Source: an uncultured bacterium (lineage in GTDB: Bacteria; Patescibacteriota; Minisyncoccia; Phycocordibacterales; Phycocordibacteraceae). From it: 64,000 nucleotides of DNA. Location of the stretch: contig CAMTWI010000003.1 of assembly GCA_947085505.1 (NCBI GenBank), positions 7,319 through 71,318 of the forward strand. Direction: 5' to 3'. Each line of letters opens with the position of its first letter. Position 1 is the first letter of the stretch. A model generated the notes under the pieces. The model had not been told where the DNA came from, searched no databases, and saw only the letters and a list, made by a program, of their open reading frames with translations. This document shows positions 45,604-54,383 of this stretch, piece after piece. A program made the translations under genes and the position numbers.

Positions 45604-48093
45604 ATGCGAAAGCTCTTCAGAGCATCGCTGTTGATCACCGTACTTTCGGTGTTGCTCTTTATTACTAGCTATTCACCTACCCAGGCCCAAACAACTCTTG
45701 AACAATGTGGCTCCGCAAGCCCACCGGCGGATTGTATTTCGTATGATCCAACAATTAATCCTGTCTTGGTTAGAGAGGGGGCGAGGTATTACCAAGACTG
45801 GGGAACAAGGAGCCCTTACCAAAGCGAAAACGATGGTCTCTGCAAAGTATATGTTTCGGGTCCTGTCTTTTTTGCAGGCTGTGTAAAAGATGGACGTTTT
45901 TCCATTCAAGCTGACTATGTTATAGGGGCCCCCACTGGGGGAGAGCCCGTAACGGGTGTGCAAGTTGATCAGTCTGGGGAAGTTACCTCGCAACCAATCG
46001 AAACCTGTGGGCCAATGAACATCGGTTGTTGGCTAATTAAACTACCCGGCATGCTCTTCACGGGCATTGCATTTGTTTTCTTGCTTCTCTCAGGAATGAT
46101 CCTCGGACTCGCGGGCACAGTGTTCAACTGGGTGGTCATACGTACGGTCTTCCAGTTCGGCACGTATTTCGGCACGAACGAAGGCATGCTTATTGCGTGG
46201 GGCGTGATGCGTGACATTGCAAACATAGGCCTCCTGTTTGGTTTCATATTTATGGGAGTGCTTCTTATACTCAACGTCGATAGTGGGGGACACGGGCACG
46301 GCGGGGGTGTGAGTGCGAAGAAAGCTATACCACGCCTCATCATCTTTGCGGTGCTTTTAAACTTTAGTCTCTTTGCTTCACAGGCGGTTATCGACGTCGC
46401 AAACGCATTTAGCTCAAGCTTTGCAACGCTTGCTGGAGAAAATTGTACTGGCAACACCTCGACAGGGAGCAGTGCCACTGACAGAGCCGCCGGCATGGAC
46501 AATGAGCAATGCTCTAATGTGGGCATATCTGGGCAGATACTAAAAGTGGCTGGTCTCACGTCAATTTGGGATTCAGAAAACAGAGATGTTCAAACTGCAA
46601 TGAAGAATCTTGTCGATCGGCCCTATAGCTATGCGGTGTCCTTGATGCTGCTTTCCATTTTTGTACTCATCACAGCCATGGTGTTACTTGCGGGTTCCAT
46701 CATGCTCATTATCCGTGTGGTTATTTTGTCGCTTCTTATGGTTACGTCGCCCATAGGCTTTGCCGGCATGGCCATACCGAAGCTGCAGGGCATTGCCAGT
46801 ATGTGGTGGAGCAAGCTGATGTCGCAGGCGTTCTTCGCTCCCGTATATCTTCTTCTTATATTTATCAGTATCAAATTAACTGAGGGCCTCATGGAGGGAG
46901 AGGCGACCCTCGCCAATGCACTCATTGCGAATCAAGGAAACTCGGTGGCAGGGAACATGCAGGTGGTTATGGTGTTCATGGTTGTTATCGGATTCATGAT
47001 TGGTTCCTTGCTCGTGGCATCAAAGATGGGGGCGATGGGGGCGAAGTTTGCGACATCGGCAGTCGCAGGAACAACCATTGGTTTTGCTGGTTTTGCCGGT
47101 CGAAGGACGCTCGGAGCAGCATCAGGGAATGTTGCTAAAAGAATTGCATCGTCGAACTACGCTCGTAGCAATGGGTTTGGAAGTAGGTTCGCCTATAACA
47201 TAGCCAACAAGGGTGCTACGGCGAGCTACAGCGCTCGTACTGGTATAAATAACATCACTAAGGGCGCTGGTCTCGACATTGGCAACGCAGGGAAGAATGT
47301 AAGCCATGGAATTCATGGTATTGAGGAGGCAGAGGTGAAAAAACGTAAGGACTTTGCTGAAAAAACCCTTGCGCAGACGCCTGCAGAACAGGCTGCGGAG
47401 AAGAGACTTAAGGATGAGAAGGATCGAATAAAGCTCTATAAAGAGGCGGCCAAGGAAGAGCTCGATCGTGGAAATGAGCCTGAAGAAAGTGCACTCAAGG
47501 CACAGAAGGAGAAGCACACTGAAGCGGCAGCAGCACGTCTAAAAGACCTTAACACCAAAAAGCAGGCTGTAGCAAAGCTTGAGGCTGACGGAGTTTGGGG
47601 TAATGAGCTCGATGAGCAAAAGAAGGCACTTGCTGCCCTAGAGGAGGAGCATGAACAAGCATCTGAGATTGAGGCAGCCGATATTGCGTCTCGTCAAAAG
47701 CGAATATCTGATCGTGGCGCTCGCTTCGATAAGATTCTAAAGGATTACGACAACCGATCGAAAGAAATCGACAGAACTATCAGTGGCTACGAGTCTATCG
47801 ATAGCAGTGGGGGCATTATGTGGAACAAGGGCCTTTCTAAAGAGTCAGCACAACGTGAGTATGGGGAAGCGCTTGGCAAAGACCATGGCATGCCTCTTAC
47901 ACTGGGACACCATATAAACCAAGAGGCTTCCGCAGACATCCTTAAGAAGCTTAAGCGCAGCAAGCGCGACAAGTTGGTTGATGCAATTAAGGAGAATGCC
48001 AAGGAGGACAAAGAGGAGGACGGCGGCGGCAAGAAGGAAGAGAAGTCCAGTGGAGGCGAAAAGAAAAGTGGAGGAGATGGGGGCCATCACTAG
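45604..48093 (+). CDS. VirB6/TrbL-like polytopic T4SS channel protein with Cys-rich N-terminal ectodomain and long K/E-rich C-terminal coiled-coil tail
   Basis: A signal peptide is followed by a Cys-containing domain of about 130 aa. Then 6 or more TM helices. Then about 330 aa of charged coiled coil, ending in a Gly/Lys-rich tail. Start trimmed to MRKLFRAS. Confidence 0.55.
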   Translation: MRKLFRASLLITVLSVLLFITSYSPTQAQTTLEQCGSASPPADCISYDPTINPVLVREGARYYQDWGTRSPYQSENDGLCKVYVSGPVFFAGCVKDGRFSIQADYVIGAPTGGEPVTGVQVDQSGEVTSQPIETCGPMNIGCWLIKLPGMLFTGIAFVFLLLSGMILGLAGTVFNWVVIRTVFQFGTYFGTNEGMLIAWGVMRDIANIGLLFGFIFMGVLLILNVDSGGHGHGGGVSAKKAIPRLIIFAVLLNFSLFASQAVIDVANAFSSSFATLAGENCTGNTSTGSSATDRAAGMDNEQCSNVGISGQILKVAGLTSIWDSENRDVQTAMKNLVDRPYSYAVSLMLLSIFVLITAMVLLAGSIMLIIRVVILSLLMVTSPIGFAGMAIPKLQGIASMWWSKLMSQAFFAPVYLLLIFISIKLTEGLMEGEATLANALIANQGNSVAGNMQVVMVFMVVIGFMIGSLLVASKMGAMGAKFATSAVAGTTIGFAGFAGRRTLGAASGNVAKRIASSNYARSNGFGSRFAYNIANKGATASYSARTGINNITKGAGLDIGNAGKNVSHGIHGIEEAEVKKRKDFAEKTLAQTPAEQAAEKRLKDEKDRIKLYKEAAKEELDRGNEPEESALKAQKEKHTEAAAARLKDLNTKKQAVAKLEADGVWGNELDEQKKALAALEEEHEQASEIEAADIASRQKRISDRGARFDKILKDYDNRSKEIDRTISGYESIDSSGGIMWNKGLSKESAQREYGEALGKDHGMPLTLGHHINQEASADILKKLKRSKRDKLVDAIKENAKEDKEEDGGGKKEEKSSGGEKKSGGDGGHH

Positions 48094-48105
48094 TACAATA
48101 CTGAA

Positions 48106-48909
48106 ATGAATCCCGAAGAAGATCTTGATGACGTTGAAATAAACCAGGCAGTGGGTGCTGCTATGCGTGACTTACCAAGGCCCGTACAGGACTTCCTAAA
48201 GAGCGATGAGCGCGATGCTGTTGCTCGTGAATTGTCTGCAAAATATCAACTCCATGTTGACCAAGCAGGGGAGTTCGAACGATCCTTCATTCTAATGCTC
48301 TTGGGCGTGATGCGTCCCGAGGAATTCGTTACAACCCTGACTCAAGCTGGGCTCTCGCAAGACATTGTTAACGGGCTGGCCGCGGATTTGAACACCCGCG
48401 TATTCATGAAGCTACGTGATGCTGAACGCGAGCAGGTGGCTGCCGTACCCCCAGCACCACAAAAGCCAGCTCCGATTCCGCCACCCGCCCTTGATTACCA
48501 ACCCGCAGCCACACCAACACTCCCTGGTTCCCCTGTACCCGCGCCGATGCCGCCTCCCATAGCTACCCAGGCGCCAGTAGTACTCGAGCCAACGCCTGCA
48601 CCAAGCCCCGTTCCGCAGCAGCACTTTGTACACGCAATGCCTGATGCGCACGCTCAAGCCGGGTGGCACCCAGCTGCGGCAGTACATATATTTGTACCGA
48701 CTCAACCAAACCACCATCCGCAGCCTGCACCTATGCAGACCGTCCCTAGCATCGAGCCCGCTCCTGAAGTAGAGCCCGTAGCTGCGCGAATCGAGACCCC
48801 GCCAGCTACAGTGCGTGAGCCGGAGATACTACCTTCACAGCCGACCCTACCATCTACACCACTTAAAAAGGAATTCAGTTCTGATCCGTATCGCGAACCT
48901 ATCCAGTAG
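48106..48909 (+). CDS. proline-rich protein of unknown function in T4SS-like operon
   Basis: An N-terminal globular domain of about 110 aa is followed by a PAP/PxP-rich tail. Confidence 0.35.
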   Translation: MNPEEDLDDVEINQAVGAAMRDLPRPVQDFLKSDERDAVARELSAKYQLHVDQAGEFERSFILMLLGVMRPEEFVTTLTQAGLSQDIVNGLAADLNTRVFMKLRDAEREQVAAVPPAPQKPAPIPPPALDYQPAATPTLPGSPVPAPMPPPIATQAPVVLEPTPAPSPVPQQHFVHAMPDAHAQAGWHPAAAVHIFVPTQPNHHPQPAPMQTVPSIEPAPEVEPVAARIETPPATVREPEILPSQPTLPSTPLKKEFSSDPYREPIQ

Positions 48910-48954
48910 AAAATAGTGCGAGTGCTCATTCAGTATCGGGTATACTGGATAGCA

Positions 48955-49362
48955 ATGGAGTATCAGGTACCACAGTTCATTGAGGTTGAGGACAAGATAT
49001 TCGGTCCGTTCACACTCAAGCAGTTTATTTATGTTGCAGGGGGCGTGGGTCTCTGCGCAATCGTACTCCTCTATCTTCCGCTCTGGCTCGGTATTATCAT
49101 CGCTCTTCCCGTTGGCGCACTCACCGCAGCGCTCGCATTCTATAAGATAAACAACAAGCCGTTTGTTGAAATCATGGAGGCAGCCTTCAACTATTACATC
49201 GGAGATCGTCTCTATCTTTGGAAGAAGGACAGGAACGCGGTAGTAGATGCACCAGTGGCAGTAAAGCCTGCAGACCCCGCAAAGCTTGGTCTAACACAGA
49301 GCAGACTCAAAGATCTTGCATGGTCGCTTGATATCAAGGACAACCAGAATAACGGCGCATAG
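48955..49362 (+). CDS. PrgI/VirB3-like small membrane protein
   Basis: About 135 aa. Two adjacent TM helices near the N-terminus (FIYVAGGVGLCAIVLLYLPLWLGIIIALPVGALTAALAF). It lies immediately upstream of VirB4, as PrgI does. Confidence 0.5.
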   Translation: MEYQVPQFIEVEDKIFGPFTLKQFIYVAGGVGLCAIVLLYLPLWLGIIIALPVGALTAALAFYKINNKPFVEIMEAAFNYYIGDRLYLWKKDRNAVVDAPVAVKPADPAKLGLTQSRLKDLAWSLDIKDNQNNGA

Positions 49363-49364
49363 AT

Positions 49365-49994
49365 ATGGCATCGACAAAGACAACACAATCGTTTGTGCCC
49401 GTGAAGGAAGTCCGTAACGGCGTGGTCGTACTTAAAAATGATGGGTACCGCGGCATTCTCATGTGCTCATCCATTAACTTCGCTCTTAAAGGGGAAGATG
49501 AGCAGCGTGCGATTATAGGCGGGTTCCAGAGCCTTTTGAATACTCTCGATTTTACGATTCAAATTGTTGTACATTCTCGGAAAACCGACATTCGGCCGTA
49601 CCTTGCCTTGCTTGAGACTCGTATGAAGGATCAAACAAGTGAACTCATGCGGCTACAGTTGCGCGAGTATATTGCGTTCATCAGGAACTTCATCGACTCG
49701 AGCGACATTATGACGAAGATGTTCTATGTGGTGGTGCCGTATTCGGCAGGTGGTGGTGGAGTTGGGAAAAGCACCCCCGCATTTCTTGGTGGAAGACCGG
49801 TACCCAAAGACAATGGCGGAGACGGGTTCGAAGAACACCGTGTGCAGCTCGAGCAGCGCATGTCACTTGTTGTGCAGGGACTCGCCTCAAGTGGTGTACG
49901 TGCGGTTCCGCTCGGGACTGAAGAGATAATTGAACTTCTGTACCGTTCGTTCAACCTTTCTGAGCTTGAGAATCCTATTCATCTTTCTGCATAA
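49365..49994 (+). CDS. VirB4/TrbE/PrgJ-type ATPase, N-terminal segment, terminated by in-frame TAA
   Basis: The sequence (FVPVKEVRNGVVVLKNDGYRGILMCSSINFALKGEDEQ...FTIQIVVHSRK) follows the VirB4 N-terminal pattern. It is in the same frame as the downstream ORF and is separated from it by TAA+TCT only. Confidence 0.6.
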   Translation: MASTKTTQSFVPVKEVRNGVVVLKNDGYRGILMCSSINFALKGEDEQRAIIGGFQSLLNTLDFTIQIVVHSRKTDIRPYLALLETRMKDQTSELMRLQLREYIAFIRNFIDSSDIMTKMFYVVVPYSAGGGGVGKSTPAFLGGRPVPKDNGGDGFEEHRVQLEQRMSLVVQGLASSGVRAVPLGTEEIIELLYRSFNLSELENPIHLSA

Positions 49995-49997
49995 TCT

Positions 49998-51821
49998 ATG
50001 GCACTCCTCGACTTCCTTGGAAAGAATAAGAAAGAAGACGCGCCCGCGATAACGCCGGTGCTGCCAAAGGACATTTATGCAGAAGGGGAGCTAAAGCTTG
50101 CGGATGCTATTGCGCCTGCGGCTCTTAAAGTGGGGGCCCGAGAGCTTGAACTCGGCGAGAAGGTGTCTCGCTCGTTCTATACCATTTCGTATCCACGATT
50201 CTTGGTTGATAGCTGGTTCACGCCAATTATCAATCTCGATAAGGTATTCGATGTATCGATCTTCATTCATCCGGTAGAGACGGGGTCTGCACTCCGCGGA
50301 TTCCAGAAAAAAGTGGCCGAAATTGAGAGTCAGATTTCTGATAGGGAAGAGAAGGGGTTGGTGCGTGACCCAATGCTCGATACCGCGTACCGCGACCTCG
50401 AGCAGCTCCGCGACCAGTTGCAGCAGGCTGAGGAACACATCTTTGAGGTAGGTCTTTACATCACCCTCTACGGAAACTCGAAAGAGGACCTCGACAAGAT
50501 TGAGGGTGATGTGCGCGGCATCCTCGACGCAAAGCTTGTCTACACAAAGCCTGCCTTGTTCCAGCAGGAACAAGGATTCCGTTCTACGTTGCCACTTGCT
50601 ACCGACGAACTCATGGTTACGAGCAAGCTCAACTCGTCACCGCTTTCTTCAATATTCCCATTCGTCTCCTTCGACCTTACGAGCGATCGCGGCATTCTCT
50701 ACGGCATCAATCGCCATAACGCGTCCTTGATCCTCTTTGATCGCTTCTCGCTTGAGAACTACAACTCGGTGGTGTTTGCAAAGTCTGGTTCCGGAAAGTC
50801 CTACGCAGTGAAGCTCGAAATTCTTCGCTCTCTCATGTTTGGGTCGGATGTTATTGTCATCGACCCTGAGCGCGAATACGAGAACCTCGCGTCTGCAACT
50901 GGGGGACGCACCTTTAACATCTCGCTCTCCTCTGAACATCACATCAATCCGTTTGATCTTCCGCCCGTTAAAGAGGACGAGGAGCCGTCCGACATTCTTC
51001 GTTCAAACATCATTAACCTTGTTGGTCTCTTCCGCATCATGCTTGGGGGACTAACCCCTGAGGAGGATGCGATTGTTGATCGCGCTATTACAGAGACCTA
51101 TGCCCTTAAAGACATTACGGGTGATGCGGACTTCACGGGTGTAGAGCCACCACTTCTTTCAGACTTTGAGAACGTCCTTTCAGGGATGGAGGGCTCGGAA
51201 TCCCTTGTTATACGCCTTTCCAAGTACACGCACGGCACCTGGGCGGGATTCATAAATCAACCAACCAACATCGATATCAACAAGCAGTTCATTGTGTTCT
51301 CGGTGCGCGATATGGAGGACGAGTTGAAGCCGGTAGCGATGTACATCATTACGCACTTCATCTGGAACGCGGTGCGACACGAGCTCAAGAAGCGCCTTCT
51401 CGTCATCGACGAGGCCTGGTGGATGATGAAGTCGGAAGATACAGCGTCTTTCCTCTACAGCGTCGCGAAGCGCGGACGTAAGTACTATCTCGGTGTCGCG
51501 ACCATAACCCAGGATGTGGAGGACTTCTTGAAGAGCCCGTATGGTCGACCAATCCTCACAAACTCCTCAATGCAACTTTTGTTGAAGCAGTCTCCAACAA
51601 CAATCAATGTGCTTAAAGAGACTTTCAACCTAACCGATGAGGAGAAGTTCTTGCTCCTTGAGTCAGGTGTGGGGGAGGGACTCTTCTTTGCAGGACTTAA
51701 GCACGTCGCGATTAAGATCGTTGCTTCCTATACTGAAGACCAAATCATAACCTCAGACCCGTCGCAGCTTCTCCAGATCAGGCAGGAAAAGGCAAGGAAC
51801 GACGCAGGGCTCGTAGCCTAG
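49998..51821 (+). CDS. VirB4/TrbE/PrgJ-type T4SS ATPase, ATPase segment
   Basis: Walker A FAKSGSGKSY and Walker B LVIDEAWWMM. Conserved ATITQ near the C-terminus. Confidence 0.85.
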   Translation: MALLDFLGKNKKEDAPAITPVLPKDIYAEGELKLADAIAPAALKVGARELELGEKVSRSFYTISYPRFLVDSWFTPIINLDKVFDVSIFIHPVETGSALRGFQKKVAEIESQISDREEKGLVRDPMLDTAYRDLEQLRDQLQQAEEHIFEVGLYITLYGNSKEDLDKIEGDVRGILDAKLVYTKPALFQQEQGFRSTLPLATDELMVTSKLNSSPLSSIFPFVSFDLTSDRGILYGINRHNASLILFDRFSLENYNSVVFAKSGSGKSYAVKLEILRSLMFGSDVIVIDPEREYENLASATGGRTFNISLSSEHHINPFDLPPVKEDEEPSDILRSNIINLVGLFRIMLGGLTPEEDAIVDRAITETYALKDITGDADFTGVEPPLLSDFENVLSGMEGSESLVIRLSKYTHGTWAGFINQPTNIDINKQFIVFSVRDMEDELKPVAMYIITHFIWNAVRHELKKRLLVIDEAWWMMKSEDTASFLYSVAKRGRKYYLGVATITQDVEDFLKSPYGRPILTNSSMQLLLKQSPTTINVLKETFNLTDEEKFLLLESGVGEGLFFAGLKHVAIKIVASYTEDQIITSDPSQLLQIRQEKARNDAGLVA

Positions 51822-51824
51822 CGT

Positions 51825-52328
51825 ATGGAAAAGAAGCATAAGATAGGAAATGTAACGGCCGGCATGATGATCGTGACGGCACTTATTGTTGATGCGGTCC
51901 AGGCATTGCTTACGTTCTCTGTTTTCCTTCTTCCTCTCTCTGTTCTTATAACGTTTATGGCAGCGACGATGTTCTTTCTCTGGTTTGCACTGTCCGGTGT
52001 GAAGTATGTGGGGAGTGGTGGAGGAAAGAAGCTTCTTATCGCACTTGCCTCAACAGTTGCTGAGCTCGTGCCGGTAGTTAATGTCATCCCCGCAACGACA
52101 GCAGGTGTTATTGGTATCATCGTTCAGACTCGTATTGAGGATGCTCGGGCACAAGCAGGAGGGAAAGTCACACCGCGCACAGCTATGGCTTCGGCGAGAC
52201 TACAAAAAATGAATCAGGCACGGGCTGCACGGGAAGACAGCGCCCGTGAAGGAAGAGAAGGAGCCCAACAGGCACGACACACCCCCGCAAATGACACTTC
52301 TGCCCACAATACTAGCGAAGCCGCATAA
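51825..52328 (+). CDS. small polytopic membrane protein (possible VirB2/TrbC-like or accessory)
   Basis: Three hydrophobic helices, then a charged tail. Confidence 0.35.
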   Translation: MEKKHKIGNVTAGMMIVTALIVDAVQALLTFSVFLLPLSVLITFMAATMFFLWFALSGVKYVGSGGGKKLLIALASTVAELVPVVNVIPATTAGVIGIIVQTRIEDARAQAGGKVTPRTAMASARLQKMNQARAAREDSAREGREGAQQARHTPANDTSAHNTSEAA

Positions 52329-52375
52329 GATACCCCCGCGTAGGCACGCGCTCCCACACCGCTTCGGTATATACT

Positions 52376-53368
52376 ATGTATATGATACGCGTTGTGCTTC
52401 TCGCTTTTGTCTTCGCCGGCTCCTTTCTTGGCGTCTCGCATGCTCAAGGTATTCCAAACAGCACCGAGCCGCTTACGCTATCGGTATCTCCTGAATATCC
52501 TCGTCCTTACCAAACCGTTACTGTCTCCCCCCGAAGTAGTCTTCTTGACCTCTCGGCGAGTACGGTACGGATATCGGTTAATGGAACTACTGTCTATGAA
52601 GGAAGTGGCACCCAGGCTACAAGTGTGCGAGCAGGGGGCCTTGGAGAGCGCACAACCATAACGGTGTCGGTTACGGATCCTTCTGGCCGTGTCTATACCA
52701 AACAGCAAGTCTTGCGACCGGCAGAGGTGTCCTTGGTGCTTGAACCGGCATCAACCATGCACCCGTTCTACCAGGGAGGGGGACTCGTTGCATCAGAGGG
52801 GCGTGTGCGTCTTGTGGCGCTTGCTGATCTGCGCAGTGCACCAGGAACTCGTCTCCCAAGCTCAAGCCTCGTCTATACCTGGCGACTTGGAAGCCGTGTA
52901 CTAACGGACATGTCGGGTATAGGAAAGTCCACGCTCCTCGCAACCGCACCGGTTCGATACCGCAATGCCGATATCTCTGTTACGGTTACGAGCCCGGACA
53001 ACACACTCGTTGGCGAGGCACGCACACTTGTATCAGCGGTCGATCCTGTGGCGCGTATATATAGGAACGACCCGCTCCTTGGCCCTAACTTTGATGTCGC
53101 TCTCACCGATCGCTTCTCGATGCCTGACACTGAGACAACCTTCCGCGCTGTTGGATACTTCTTTGCCGTGCCACCAACATTTTCGTGGACGGTTAACAAA
53201 GCAACCAATGGAACTGACAAAGACATAACTGTGCGCGCAACTGGAAACGGGCAGGGTACCGCACGGATCGGCCTTACAGCGACCGAAGTCGCTGCCAGAC
53301 GCAGTGCGGATACTGCGGTTACTGTAGACTTCGGACGATCTACTGGCTTTGGCTTCTTTGGCCTATAA
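52376..53368 (+). CDS. secreted beta-rich protein of unknown function (signal peptide ...SHA|Q)
   Basis: Signal peptide MYMIRVVLLAFVFAGSFLGVSHAQ. Ser/Thr/Val-rich. Confidence 0.4.
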   Translation: MYMIRVVLLAFVFAGSFLGVSHAQGIPNSTEPLTLSVSPEYPRPYQTVTVSPRSSLLDLSASTVRISVNGTTVYEGSGTQATSVRAGGLGERTTITVSVTDPSGRVYTKQQVLRPAEVSLVLEPASTMHPFYQGGGLVASEGRVRLVALADLRSAPGTRLPSSSLVYTWRLGSRVLTDMSGIGKSTLLATAPVRYRNADISVTVTSPDNTLVGEARTLVSAVDPVARIYRNDPLLGPNFDVALTDRFSMPDTETTFRAVGYFFAVPPTFSWTVNKATNGTDKDITVRATGNGQGTARIGLTATEVAARRSADTAVTVDFGRSTGFGFFGL

Positions 53369-53372
53369 CCCT

Positions 53373-54383
53373 ATGAAATATCTCACTTTTCTCATACTTT
53401 TCCTCGGCCTTCCACTGCTCGCGTTTGCGCAGACGACAACCGGAGCCGTAAACACGGACACCAGTTTTGTTCCACTCACGAACATTCCGTTCCTTACCGA
53501 AACAGGAAACTCCTTCAGTCTTGATTCGTTTTTAAACGGGCTTTATCGCATAAGTATCGGTATCGCTGCTGTTGTTGCGGTCCTTCAGATCATGCGCGCG
53601 GGCATTATGTATATGGGCAGCGATAGTGGATTCGCTGAGAAAAAAGAGGCGAAGAATCTTATAGCACTCTCGATAGGCGGCCTTATTCTTGTGCTTTCAC
53701 CGGTGGTTGTGTTCTCCGTTATTAATCCTGAGATTCTTAATCTTAAGATAGGGAATATCGAGAAACTTAAACCCATTGAGTCTGCTGAACCTCGTAGAGT
53801 AATTGAGGTTGCGTCGGCAAGTGACTGTAGAGAGCAAGGAGGCGTAGTTGAGTCACAGGGACCACCAGTAACCTGTTCTGTACCAGCGGATTCTGATGCG
53901 GGCCGAGAAGCGACTTCCTGTGCCACCTTTAACAATCCTCCTGAGTCTCCAATTATTGTGGGCGGGAATTGTGCACTCGAGCTTAGTGAAAGTTACGTAA
54001 GAATTGATAATGCCTGTTGCGCCGGTATTCAGCAGGGAAATATTTGCTGTGGAAAAAGCGAAAGCTCAGGTGAGCAAGCGCCACGCGTCTTCCTTGATCA
54101 GCCGCTCATCTACTACAGCTATCAAGAGTACGACCGTGTAGAAAATAAAGGTAGGTTTGTTGGTGTGGTTCCGAACCATGCCGCGAGGGTTACTAGTTTT
54201 AGAAATGCTTGCACTGCAGCGGGCAGAGAAGTAGAGACAGATCGTGACGATAACTGGGCTGAGCGTTTTATCCTGGCTCGATGGGGAAGCTGTCCAGGGG
54301 ACACAGGTGTTCCTGCTAGTACAGGAAACACGAACACAGAGTATCAGTGTGAAGATAGAAGAGCTGTCTGTAAGACGAATTAA
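53373..54383 (+). CDS. VirB2/TrbC pilin-like N-terminal module fused to Cys-rich C-terminal domain
   Basis: A signal peptide is followed by two closely spaced hydrophobic helices (LYRISIGIAAVVAVLQIMRAGIMYM / LIALSIGGLILVLSPVVVF), as in T4SS pilins. The last ~200 aa contain about 17 Cys, including CC pairs. Confidence 0.4.
   Translation: MKYLTFLILFLGLPLLAFAQTTTGAVNTDTSFVPLTNIPFLTETGNSFSLDSFLNGLYRISIGIAAVVAVLQIMRAGIMYMGSDSGFAEKKEAKNLIALSIGGLILVLSPVVVFSVINPEILNLKIGNIEKLKPIESAEPRRVIEVASASDCREQGGVVESQGPPVTCSVPADSDAGREATSCATFNNPPESPIIVGGNCALELSESYVRIDNACCAGIQQGNICCGKSESSGEQAPRVFLDQPLIYYSYQEYDRVENKGRFVGVVPNHAARVTSFRNACTAAGREVETDRDDNWAERFILARWGSCPGDTGVPASTGNTNTEYQCEDRRAVCKTN

Noticed and set aside
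45969-46925. Minus-strand ORFs inside the VirB6-like gene
   Set aside because: They are antisense shadows. The plus frame gives a coherent TM topology.
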